A stretch of 64,000 nt of DNA from Anthoceros angustus. Lineage: Eukaryota; Plantae; Anthocerotophyta. The stretch covers positions 74,369-138,368 of the forward strand of contig MU008178.1 in assembly GCA_010909165.1 (NCBI GenBank). Reading direction: 5' to 3'. The notes under the pieces were generated by a model that worked only from the letters and a program-made list of their open reading frames with translations, had not been told where the DNA came from and searched no databases. Below, piece after piece: positions 37,560-49,324 of this stretch. Each line of letters opens with the position of its first letter. Position 1 is the stretch's first letter. The position numbers and the translations under genes are program-made.

Positions 37560-39560
37560 AGAGCAAGCGGGATAAAGAGGTGGCCGCTTGCATCACCTGC
37601 TTACGGACCTTGAGCGCGGGCGGCACCCGGCTGGGCGGTTGGTGATGACTGGCGGAGGTGGCGTCACGTCGGTCGGTAACCATCGCCACCACAACACAGT
37701 GCGCCACGGACAAGGTATAAGTCGATTGAGCGACACTGTGAGTATACTCCGCTCCCTCCGGGCCATATAGCCACTTTCGCGAGCAATGGCAAACATGGCG
37801 TCACGGATGGCGTGGTGAGTGCAATGGATGACCCGTGGGGACAACAAGGTGGACACGAGGCGTCGAGGCGCACTCACAAGTGAGGCGAAGAAGCCCGGTG
37901 AGTGGTAGGCGGAATCGCATCATGATAGTGAAGGTGGTTGGTGCGATGTGAAATCCCGTATGCATGGGCGGGCGGTGGCGCACACCCCTTCCGAACAAAG
38001 GCGAGCCCGCTCTAGTGGACTCGAGATGGAGGGTCTGGAGGAGACGGTAAACTGGCCGGCTTCTCGGCGAGATGCACCGCAATCTAAAGCCATCGATGAT
38101 AAATGTAGAAAGGAGGAAGTCCTTAGAGCATCTGGATAACATGTCTCCTGCCTCAGGGCGATTGGAGAGAAGGTTCCCTCCTCCACTTGATCGAGATCCT
38201 CGAGAAAGGGCTTGTCATGGAGGATGAAGCAGGAAGCCGGGCGAGAGGGCCCAACTCCCAAGAAAGCGCAGGAAGAGACCTCGATGAGGCAGTCCTCGCC
38301 TCCAAATTGCAGGCGGGGATGCTTGCAGTGGGCAGTCGCCCCAGGGCACTCAAAAGCCCCAGGCCCAAGATGTCCCCAAGAGTATCCATAATCTTACGTA
38401 TCAAACCCGGGCCGGGACAAAAGGGCCGGAGGCGGCGCCTGGATGAGGTACCAGGCGCCTAGCAAAGCGGAAGGAAAGGATTCCAAAGGCCACAGGCATC
38501 CTCCGGCAAAGGGAGGTCTTCAATATGGGAGGTCCTGCAAGGGCCTTGTCCGAAGCTCCCAATGAAGTCGGGGAACCAAGGGACCCCAAGAATCCATGAG
38601 ACCAAGGCGGAGCAATCTCCCTGAGCTGCAGTGGCGGGATCCCGCAGGGAGACGCACTTGGACATCTTGACCTTCAAGCCCTGGCAGCTCGGAGAATATC
38701 TCAAAGGCCTCCTTGACTTTGTCCCCGGGCAGGATGTGAGAATCGTGAAGGGAGAGACAGGTCAGCGGAGGCGGCCCTAGGAGCCCTATAGTGAGCAATA
38801 GCGAGAGCACCGCCTAGCGGGTCGCCTTACTGGTACATGGCGATTCAAGGCAGGCAGCGAAACACGAAGGCGTTCTTGTCTTTGGTAGTAGAGGTTGGAG
38901 GACCTCCGTAGAAACAGGACAAAGGGTATAAGACTCCCTAGGGGCCTTGACATCCCTAAGCTCCTCAAAGATGGCCTCAGGAAATGGTATTGAAGGCGTT
39001 CTCGACATCCACCGTAAGACTACCCAATCCGGGTGGGTATCAAGGCAAGCTTTCACCCTAGCACCACGGACTCAGGGGTGTAATGCCAAATTGAAGGGGT
39101 TGAAGTCTTCTTGGAGAAGGGAGGCGGCAAGCGGGCGATAGTGCGGTGAGTAGCCGCATGAAGGCCTCCCCAACCGCAGTGGGCGCCACGCCCGAGCAGA
39201 GCTTGTCCATAGCGACAAGCCTACTAGAAGAAATTTGAAATCGGTGAGGCATCTCTCCACGAGCCACCGCGGCGGCGAGAAAAGAGCTCGGAAAGCCGCT
39301 AGATGGATCTTGAGGAGAAAAGGTCCCTAAGGTGTTCGAACACCATTCCGACAAGCCGGCGGATGAAAGGCGAGGGTTGTGGAAGAGCGAGCAAAAGCCG
39401 CCCGGTCGAGAGAAGGATCCTCGGGACATAGTCGGATATGTCGGGAATGGCATCCTTAGGTGGCGGATGGAGACGCGGAGGCAGCAATTGTCTCTTAGCG
39501 GAGGCCGGAGGGGCGGGTCGAAGAGCCCTAGCGGCAGGCATATTCACCACTGGCCAAGCA
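37560..39560 (-). mobile_element. Non-LTR retrotransposon with RT and a C-terminal restriction-like endonuclease (CRE-like), degenerate
   Basis: PTAVGEAFMRLL and LQPLQFGI (RT), PLGSLIPFVL, degenerate SLHDSHIL at the YxDD position, THHAIRDAMFAIARESGY.ARRE, and RP.D...DVT-like segment. Confidence 0.7.
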
Positions 39561-39884
39561 ACTATGACGTAGAGTATATATGAGAGCCATATATTTAACA
39601 GTAACGCCGTAAACGGGAGCTTAGTAACCTCGTAAATGGGAGGTTAGTAACCTCTTTCCGATATTGGAAAGGGTCCATGATGTACTTGAAGGATGAATTA
39701 CGAAAGGTAAAGCAAGCAATTTGAGGGCTATTACATGGTGCAAGGATCGACAAACTGCTTGGAGTTTAGAGCCTATACCGTAATTAAAACATAAACTGAT
39801 CTTTCTCGATATAATACACCAAGGCCCCTTATGATGGATAGTGGCATTATTGCTTGTCTCTCATAAATCTAAGCAGGCTATCAA

Positions 39885-40440
39885 GCCTAGAAGAGGACAT
39901 GATCCAAGCAAGGTATCAATTGCAAGCTCATATCATTGCGTAATCTAGAGGAGGACATGATCCAAGCAAGGTGTCAAATGCAAGCTCATATCATTGCGTA
40001 TTGTAGAGGAGGACATGATGTACTATAGAGGAGGACATGATATACTATAGAGGAGGACATGATCCCAAGCTATCAAGCTCATATTATTGCGTACCCTAGA
40101 AGGGAGGCATGAGCAAAGAGGTTTTGAACAATTTGCTCAGGGCATTAGCGGATCGATAACTTGGGTGACAACCTCAGTGTTGGTAAATTAGTATATATAT
40201 AGGTGGTGCTTAAATTCTAGGATGACATATTATATTGTAAATAGTTGTTCTTAGTCATAGTAATACTCTAATGTAATTATGGTGATTATATTAATATTAT
40301 TACAAAGTATAAGATCAATGATCTACTTAAAAACCTTGTACAGATAATTGGTGGTTAAATTCTAGGATGGCATATTATATTGTAAATGGTTGTTCTTAGT
40401 CACAATAATACAATTATGATGTAATTATGGTGATAGTATT
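39885..40440. repeat. Local tandem repeats (AGAGGAGGACATGAT units; ~143 bp AT-rich duplication)
   Basis: GAGGACATGAT recurs five times in 39893-40065. TAAATTCTAGGATG.CAT.TTATATTGTAAAT occurs at ~40211 and ~40356. Confidence 0.75.
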
Positions 40441-41072
40441 TACATTAATATAAAGTATATGATCAATTATTTACTAAAAATGTTAAATAATATGGTAAAC
40501 AAATATTAATTAGTCAATAAATTCAAACAAATAATGCTAATAAGGGAACGAATTCAAACTAATAGACGTATACCGGCAAAAAAGTGTGATTGCAAGTCAT
40601 CATTGCGGGTACTTGAGGAGACAATCTTCAGAAGAGTGAGAAAGAGTTAAAATATTTTGGCTATCGTATGCATCGGCACCAGTAGACCGGGAATAAGGAG
40701 CACCGGAAGTCGCGTCTTTGGGCATAGCCACGACGATCTTGAAGAGACGCTCAAAGAGACGATTCCCCTCTTTGGGCCACGCTTCTTAAGATGAGACGCT
40801 CAAAGAGACGATTCCCCTCTTTGGGCGCCGCTTCTCAAGACCACGCATTTGACTTTATGGATAGTATATATCGTCTAAAACGGGCCCATTTTGTAGCAGT
40901 GTGTTGATGTGTCCTTCCTTTGAACCACAGCCTATATATGTCATAGCACTATCTCAATTTAAGTATACAAGAATCCATTGCCTTTGCCCTAATTAGACTG
41001 TGTAGATCTCGGCTATCCATGTTGATCTATCACTCATAAGGATATCAAAGGGAAATCTTTGGGCGTTTTACT

Positions 41073-42122
41073 ATGGCCAAGACTACTAGAACATGGGTAG
41101 ATGAATGGTGAGATAGAACCGGTACTCCAATATCAACCAACCTTACTCAGATATCCGAGTCATGTAGTTTGAAGTTTCCATGGACTTTCTCCAAGGAGCA
41201 TTTGTTTTCTGTTCAATCTGAATTGTCCACTCATGATTTTCATGTGTCAAAAGTGAATATCAATCAACTCAAAATCATTGCTAGATGCATAACTTATCTT
41301 CAAGAAAAGCAAGCTCCCTTGCCTCCCACACTTGAGAACCTCAAAGAAATAACATTGGATCCTACAGTAGCACGAGTGGATCCACATCTAGCATCATCAT
41401 TGAGTAAAAAGGGAGACCAAAAGTATCACGGAGTGACTTGGCATAAAACATTGGGCCGCTACGGTACACAATGGTTCCAGAGAGGTTCAGCGCGCGTCAA
41501 TAGATCAGTGGATGTTCAGTTGTCTTTTGGCGACAAGAGCTCTGCCAAGGAAGCGGCCTTATTGAGAGATAGTGTGCTTGTTAAGATGTTTCTTTGTGGA
41601 TACAAGTTTCCAGGTCCTCAAAAGTTTAATTTTCCAGTGGAGCATCATCTACAGCTTATGCAACAACCTGAAGTGGTATCTATGGTAGATTGGCGAGAGT
41701 ATCTCTTTTTCTCAAGACGCATATACTCAGATGGCTGTAAGAATCCCATCACTCATGATCTAAGGATAAGGGACATGAATCCAGGGCGCGCTGTGGATTC
41801 CAACAGTGATACCCCTATATATAAGCATGGTGTGTACCTAAAATGCAAACATGGACACAAGCAAGAATATGTCGTATATGTCTTTGATCGTGATATGGGT
41901 CATCATCGAAATGTTCCAAACATTAAATGGGATGACTCAAAAAACAATGTAGTTGAAGAAAAATGGGAGGATTATGAGGAAGCTGCAATTGCATATGATC
42001 GTGAGGTAGTCAAGATGGGTGATTATGACATTCGGAAACTTAATTATCCTTTGGAGAACTATGTTAACGTACTTATAAATTCACCCAAATTAATTTCATG
42101 TGTGTATGCCAGAGGGCGCTAA
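41073..42122 (+). CDS. Highly divergent protein with two AP2-like DNA-binding domains (ORF 41169-42122; possible 60-nt intron 41108-41167 to an ATG at 41073)
   Basis: KYHGVTWHK...EAALLRD...KFNFP (41421-41635) and YKHGV...EEAAIAYDREVVKMG...KLNYP (~41818-42050) follow the AP2 pattern. GT..AG at 41108-41167 restores frame. Confidence 0.65.
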
Positions 42123-42427
42123 TCCATTCAAAGACATGTTTGAATAGTGAATAAATCTCTTGTTGTGTGTGCGAACTTCGTGTCACTAGACTTATTTGCA
42201 AGTGAACTCAAATTAGATATTATATTTTTTTAAATTAAAATGAGCAGCGTCATGATGCACTTTTGGTATGTGTTGATTAGTCTTACGAAAGCCTATGTCC
42301 GTAGTGTATGTCCTCTACAGAAACTTGTGCAGCACCATAAGCTGCATAATTATATATGCAATATGTATACGTGTTAGAATGACCTCCAATTATACTTAGG
42401 TTGATAGCAATCACCTTATCAGTTAAC

Positions 42428-43005
42428 CCTAGAATTAATAACAATAGAATTAATAATGATTAAATATGAAACGTTACATAAATTTTTATTGAATTAATTG
42501 TTCTTTACAATATCTTTGGTCTACTCGCTTGCTAGCTCCTAGTCTGATGTTTTACATGGTATCAGAGCCAATGTATCTACCTTTAATCCTATCCTTTATT
42601 GATAACAACACTGATGGAGAGCCATACAAGTAGGCACAATACTCCTGGCTCATAAGTTATGAGTTTATAATAGTGTGCCAAGTCATGCCCTAGAATTAAT
42701 AATGATTAAATATGAAATGTTACATAACTTTACTTTTTTGTACTTAAGACCCTGCTTGCTCATTATTGAATTAATTATTCTTTGCAACATCTTTGGTCTA
42801 CTCATTATTGAATTAATTATTCTTTGCAACATCTTTGGTCTACTGGCTTGCTAGCTTCTAATCTGATGTTTTATATGGTATCAGAGCCAATGTATCTACC
42901 TTGAATCCTATCCTTTAGTGATAACAACACTAATGGAGAGCCATACAAGTAGGCACATTACTCTTGGATCATAAGTTATGAGTTTATAATAGTGTGCCAA
43001 GTGAT
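42428..43005 (+). repeat. Tandem pair of LTR-end plus PBS units
   Basis: TGGTATCAGAGCCAATGTATCTACC at 42557 and 42876, within two similar ~300 bp units. Confidence 0.7.
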
Positions 43006-43529
43006 GCGACTCCACCTGCCTTGTCATATTAGTATATCTAAAGCAAGGAACTAGGATAGAACTAAGTTAGATTCCTATTTCTAGATATAACTAGTGGCAA
43101 TGCCTTCCGCTGCACAATGAAAGCAGCAGCAAGTGCATGACTTCAGATACCCCTGAAAATGCCTCGGCACAATTCGGGCTTGTACGCTGAGCGCCCAACA
43201 AATTTGGCAAACCACAACACTGCTTTCGGCTACCGTCCACCCACGGTCACCTCGCCTGCCACCTGAACAACTTGGCCGTCAGTGGATTGACGAAGTCTTG
43301 TGAAGTCTTCTTGTCCTTACAACCTCCTTACCCCTTGCTTATGCCTGATTCGAAAGGAGTGCTGATTGGTTCGTGGTGAACATTCTAAGTAGGCAAATGT
43401 GTGAGCGTTGATAGTAGGCAGTGTATTTGCATTCTCATGCACCTACTAGTTGATAACTCACTAGCTATCAACTTATGCAACAACTATCTACAGCTTATGC
43501 AACGTGGTTTAGGTGCAAAATTGCTATAC

Positions 43530-43680
43530 TCGTGGATTGTCTCACTGAGAAGATGAATGAAATTGCTGAAACCACTCTCCGCACTTATGTTCATTATGAT
43601 CAGCAACAATGGGATGCGCTTCAGAAGCATTTGGTGGAGTTTGCCATCAAGAACGCGAAGAATGCAACCAACGGCTCTGC
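43530..43680 (+). pseudogene. Ty3/gypsy integrase core fragment
   Basis: LTEKMNEIAETTLRTYVHYDQQQWD..LVEFAIKNAKNAT resembles QTERMN..LR.YV....WD...EFAYNN. Confidence 0.65.
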
Positions 43681-45046
43681 ACTGTTGTATCTTCTTTAAG
43701 GGCAGATATCTCCGGACAATGCTTCAGTCGTCATCGTTACCACAGCTGCAAGCTCTAGCGGCAACTGATTATGACATTCAAAAAATTAATTACCCTTTGG
43801 AGAAGTATGTTTCCGGATAACTGCAAATGCGGAGGAGACGGTATATCTTGAGCTCCGGTGGTAAGTAGCCCCTTCCCTATTCCAGATTAGGGCACCTTGG
43901 GGGCGGTAGTTAGGTTCAATGTAGACGGTGGTGAGGGCTGGTCCCCCTTGGCCCACTGCGCAACCCTCTAGTGGGCATTTTTATAAAGTCTCCATGTTTG
44001 GCTGGAAGTAGGTTGTGAATGTGAGCATTTAGATACATACAAGGCAAGGTAAGAGAAAAGAAAGAAGTGGTGGGCATGTGATACATAAAGGGTTGTTGCG
44101 ACAGTGTCGGGCAAGCGCAGACAAAGGTGACAAGCGGCGTACACAGCTGCGAGCCTGCGGTTGACAAGTTGCAACAAAAGGTCATGCAGGCACTGCACAA
44201 GGGGGGTGCTGGGGCCGGGAGCCGGCTAAGTATAGGGTTGGCTTAAACGAAAGAAAAGAGCGGATGATTGATTAGGAAGACGCATGTGTGGAGTCGGGAG
44301 TGAGGGAGGATGGCGGTGGCGGTTATCTTAAAAAGCTGGCGTGTGCAAGCGCAAGTGGGCGGAAATTGGAATGGATGCGAGTGGTGCTGTGGTGTGTTTC
44401 GGTGGCAGACAGCAGTCAGAGTGTGTCTGGCCTATTTCCGGCTACGGTTTGAATGCCGGGAGAAGACGTATAGTATACGTAGCGGCCGCGGCATGGGGTG
44501 CATGATTGGCACCGGCAGCAAAGAGCAGGAGCGCACATGCTCGATTGCTATGTTGGGGAAACAAAGGCTTGTGCGCACGTCGCGCCTGGTAGGCCACAAT
44601 AAATGAGGCTGCCTACCCATGATTGATTCATACACACCTTGCCTTTGTTTCTTGTTGCCCTTGCCTTGGCCAGGGGTATTTATAGCTCGCACATGCACGC
44701 ACAACACATAACATACCTACATGTAAGTGCACTTGCCACAACACAGTGGAGCCAGCAAACAGACAGGACACCACCCTTGCTCGTAGTTATGCAGAGTGAT
44801 CAGCGGATACATAATTCATCTTAGAAGGCAGGGGCAGCAGTGTGGCAGTGTCAGGGGAGACCGAAGACTGAATGGAGAAGGCAGACGAAGGAAGAACGAT
44901 GGAAGGGAGGAAAGGAAAGATGGAAGATGGGCAGCAAAGAATTGCATGAATTTAATGATACAAGGGCTAGGCCCATGGGCGGCCATCCCAGCCAAGCTTG
45001 CCTAAAACCTAGCCTACGCTAATGGGGAAGGGAGGATGATGGAATA

Positions 45047-46249
45047 CTAGCAGGCAGCCGAGGAGTAGGTGCACTTGGAAAAGGCCAAAGTGGACCTGTT
45101 GTCCACGGTAGCAAGCCGCTCGCAGGAGGGGCACATGGTGAGCGTGGCGGCCGGGAGAGGCATGTAGAAGTCGTGCGCGATGACACAGGGCGGGGGCACC
45201 TTGATGGCCCGCAACTCCTGCAGCTCCTTCTGCAGCCGCCGGTTCTCCTCCGACAGGTTCTCGCAGTAGCGCTTGAGCAGCTCGCAGTCCACTTCGGTCT
45301 GCTTCAGCTTGGTTCTGCATTTCGTAAGACAGTGGCAGCTGTTAACATTTGGGGGAGGACAAGTCCAAGCGTCCCTCTACACACTCAAAACACACACAAG
45401 GCACCGAGGCGAGCGGGCTGGAGTGTGTACGGCATGTGGACGGATCCTAGCCTAAACAAGAAGGCTCTATCACACAACACTGCGCATTGCAGACAGCAAG
45501 ACAAAGGAGAGCCTCGACATGTCACGGTGCATCACCTGGCTCTGCGGTTCTGGAACCACACTTCCACCTGCCGCGGTCTCAGGTTGAGCTGTTTTGCGAG
45601 AGCCGCCTTTTGCTTCTGCACCAGATTGCAAGATGCAGCGTGTGAGAAGGCATTCTCCAAGCAGGCACAGCAAGCTGCTGTAAGCATGAGGAAAGAAGGC
45701 TGGTGCCACAGCCATGAGAACTTGAGCAAGGCTGCGGAAGGGGAAGAGGAAACCTACCGGGTTGAGAGTGGAGTGCTCCTTGAAGCTCTCCTCGAGCAGA
45801 GCGGACTGGTCCTTGGAGAGGCGCAGCTTCTTGCGCGTGGCCCCGCCGCCTTCCTCCTCGTCACTCCCGCGGGAGCTCATGTCGCACACCCCGCTCCGGT
45901 CCCGGTCCCGGTCCGCGTCCAACAAGTCGAAGTCATGCGCGTGCGCGCGCTCCCGCTCCCGCTTCACATTGATGCTGTTAGGAGAGGAGAGCACGGCGTC
46001 GTCGCAGTCGGCGGTGCAGGGGATTTGGTTCACGTCGATCCCGATGCCGCCGCTGCCGGTGCCGCTGCCGCTCCCGCTCCCGCAAGAGTTGTTGTTGTTC
46101 ATGATGCTGTGGCCACCGGCTCCCCTCCCGGCCGCCATGGCCAGCGGATGCAGCGGCAGCAAATCCAAGCACGGCCTGCACGCAGGCCCCTCGGCCGGCG
46201 TGGCCCGCAGCCTCATACTCAGGTCCAGCCTTTCCCCGCCTTCCTCCAT
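45047..46249 (-). CDS. Homeodomain-leucine zipper class II transcription factor (HAT/ATHB2-type), 3 exons: 46249-45758, 45615-45536, 45314-45047
   Basis: [26 protein letters not shown]|[26 protein letters not shown]|[16 protein letters not shown]...LQELRA, plus the CPSCE motif and an N-terminal LDLSMRL EAR-like motif. GT-AG introns are in frame, with an 80-nt middle exon. Confidence 0.96.
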
Positions 46250-46589
46250 GGCCGGCTCCAGCCCTCCCCGCCCCGCGTCTCAGACCTGTGAGTCGTCTCA
46301 CCGAAAGCTCCGGAGCGCCGAGAGCAGAGCCGCGAGAGCACGCACACAGAGGGCTCGAGAGAGCGTTGAAGGGACGAAGAGGAGGAGAAGGGAGGAATAG
46401 CACAGTCCGCTCTCGCAAGTGGGCGTAGGGTGTGACTACTAAGTACGCTAAGCTGCTGGTGTCATGACAGGCCTGGCCTGTTGCCCGCTGCCTGCTGCTC
46501 CTGCCGCTGCCTGCGCTTGCCTGCCACTACGGGCTGTCTGTCGCTCGGCCTCTCTCTCCCCTCCCTCTTCGCGCCAGGGGGAAGGCAAG

Positions 46590-46630
46590 AGAGAGAGAGG
46601 GAGAGAGAGGGAGAGAGAGAGAGAGGGAGA
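46590..46630 (+). repeat. (GA)n-rich tract upstream of the HD-Zip II gene
   Basis: GAGAGAGAGAGGGAGAGAGAGGGAGAGAGAGAGAGGGAGA. Confidence 0.8.
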
Positions 46631-47595
46631 CAAAGTGACACGCTAGAGAGATAAGATCGTAGTGATAGGAAGAGCAGGGGAAGCGGGGCGAGGCGCATGC
46701 ATGAATGATGATATGTTTGTATCTCTGTATGTACATACCCAACAGTGAATGAAAGGAGGAGGTGTGTTGTTGGGTGTTGTTGTTACGAGTACAAGGCGGG
46801 GAGGAGTACAGTACCGTGGTAATGATGAGGGGGAGGGAGGAGAGTTAAACTAGGGTTTTGACCGCGCTTTGACCGGGTTGGCGGGTTCACGACTGGACTG
46901 GAGTGGGCTGACAGGCTGCCGTGTCGCGCGCAGGGGCGGCAACGGGCACATGGGCTCTGACGCGCATGGCATCTTATCTGGCCGCAATCATGAGGCCCGT
47001 ACATGGGCATGGGGGGGCATGGGGGCCATGCCCACCCCCATGCAATGCCAGCAATGAGTGCGGGCGCCACGTGGGCAGCCTGCATCATTGGGCGGTCGGG
47101 CGCAGGGCAGACAGCCTCCGCGCACGTCGCTGCACCCTGCACGCGCCCCGATTCGCAAATCAAATGAAAATCCCGCACCGCCCCCACCCCACGGCCTCGA
47201 CGCCCGTGCCCCCGTCCCGTTCCGTCTCGACGGGACGGGCATCGGCAACCCGGGGCCGCGGCAGGCCGAGTCTCACGTGATCAATCATGCGGATGATGAG
47301 GCTGGGCAGGGAGGCGCGGAGGGGGCTCCCCGCCCACCGGGCCCGGGGCGGGCAGGGCCCGCCGTGCGCGAGGCGGGGCCCGCCGCGGAAGGCAGGCCCC
47401 CCAGGCCCTGCTGCCTGTTCCCACGCTTTGCCCCTCTGGGGCCGGCAGGCAGCAGTGGTGGGGCTCCTGCCCGCTTCGCTGGCAGGCCCCCGAGCATCTC
47501 CCCTGCTTTTGTCGGCCATGCCCGCGCCCAACCTCAACCTAGATTCCCGCTCACACTACATTCACTGCAACACTCAACGCCGTGTAGCCTGCACG

Positions 47596-47985
47596 CATCA
47601 TCATCATCATCATCGTCGTCGTCATCATCAATCATACCATATCGCTTCCCTTCCCTCCCCTCGCTTCCCTTCCCTTCCCCCTCGCCCTTCCCTCCCTTTC
47701 CCTCCCTTCCCTTTCCCCTCGCCCTTCCCTTCCCTCCCTTTCCTTCCCTTCCCCCTCGCCCTTCCCTCCACTTCTCCCTCGCCCGTCCCTCCCTTCCCCT
47801 TCCCCTCGCCCTTCCCCTTCCCCTCGCCCTTCCCCTTCCCCTGCCCTTCCCTTCCCCTCGCCTTCCCCTTCCCCCTCCGCCCTTCCCCTTCCCCTCGCCC
47901 TTCCCCTCGCCCTTCCCTCCACTTCTCCCTCGCCCTTCCCTCCCCTTCCCCCTCGCCCTTCCCTCCTTCCCTCGCCTCGCATGGC
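47596..47985 (+). repeat. (TCA)n microsatellite followed by a ~340 bp near-pure polypyrimidine (CCCTT/CCTCG) tract
   Basis: Direct reading; almost no purines at 47645-47980 apart from isolated G in CTCGCC units and a few A. Confidence 0.9.
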
Positions 47986-48774
47986 CGCATGGCCATCGCA
48001 TGACATCCAGTTCCACCGACATGGGCATGAGTTTGGCGCTGGATGCCATCATCATGTTGCGCGGCGCCCCATCATTTCCACCATCAACCTTGTCGTCGTG
48101 GGGCTGGTCGTCTAAGTAATCACGCTCTCATCATTTCCCCATTTGCCCGCCATGGCCCGCCAGTCACTCATTGCCACCGCCGGGCCTGGGCCTCTCATGT
48201 CATCCCCGCCTTTCTATCCTCCTGCTTTCTACGACACGTCCGCAGATACTTACCACATGTATACAGTATGCCCACCGTGCACCCCCCTTTTAATCTCTAG
48301 CCTGTCACTCACTATCTACATTTGGTCCTTTTTCGAAGGCCGGTACTACACAACTTGATCCAAAAGGTGGAAGTGTATGCAAGACTATGAAACAAAGCAC
48401 CACAAAGATGAAGCCAAGACATGTTCTACGTAATCTCCTTACTCAAAAGGTAACAGCCGAAGAGTGTTACCTAGCCGTATTGTACATATATCAACCACAA
48501 TTTCTACGATGCTATTAAGTTGGAGAGAGCCCTGGTCCCAATGTAAGCTCTAGTTGTAAGGCCGACCCTTTGTGGCCCTCCCGAATCTCGATGCTGATGT
48601 AAGGCCTTTTGGGACCCTTGTAAAATTGCTTCGTGTGTTCCACGCTATCCATTGTCCAAGGACCAGTAACTTTACTAGTCATTGTCTCTACCCTAAAGGG
48701 CCCTTCCGATTCAATACGGGCCTTGTTGTAAGGCCCTTCGAGACCCTTATAAAAGTTTGCTCCATACATTCCCT

Positions 48775-48976
48775 TAAAACAATCAAGGATCGGAAGGGCA
48801 CGAGCGGGTGCGTGTGTAGGCATGAGCGCACGAGAGACAGGAGATGGAAGAAAAACGGTTATTATTGTTCACGGGAAATTCAACATATATACAAAGTATT
48901 TGTAGGTGGTTATAACTGTTCATAAAAACACTAATATCTAGTCAACCTAACTTTAGGTGACACATCTATTTCATTA
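48775..48976 (-). repeat. 3' LTR of copia element 2
   Basis: Nearly identical to 55482-55682; the only differences I found are in the AAAAACAC/AAAACCAC and CCTAAC/CCTAC spots. Confidence 0.93.
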
Positions 48977-49324
48977 CTCCCTCTTGGTTGCAATGAACAG
49001 ATATAAAAGTATGTGAAGAATATTTAAAACCCCTAGAACGGGTTCATGTACAGACAAGAACTCCAACAAAACACTTGAGTGGGATACGGGCTAAGTTGTT
49101 GCGCCTGCATCCCGCGTCCTCAACGCACGCTCAAGCTCAGTCCTTGCACTTATCCAGCTCACAGCTCACGCTGTCCTCCTGAATTCCAGCTTGTTACACT
49201 GCTCTCCCCGCTATAAGGCAATGGCGCTCCGATGTTGATCTTGAACTGCAACCTGGCCGCCTCCTCCCGGCTTGGTCTACAATCAAGATCATAGCACTGG
49301 GCTTGAAATGCAAACATCTCATCG

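Noticed and set aside
45173-46418. 372-aa plus-strand ORF and other overlapping ORFs
   Set aside because: Antisense or alternate-frame shadows of the GC-rich HD-Zip II exons.
47058-48119. Long Pro/Ser/Phe- or Gly/Arg/Glu-rich ORFs on both strands
   Set aside because: Artefacts of the stop-free polypyrimidine/polypurine tract.
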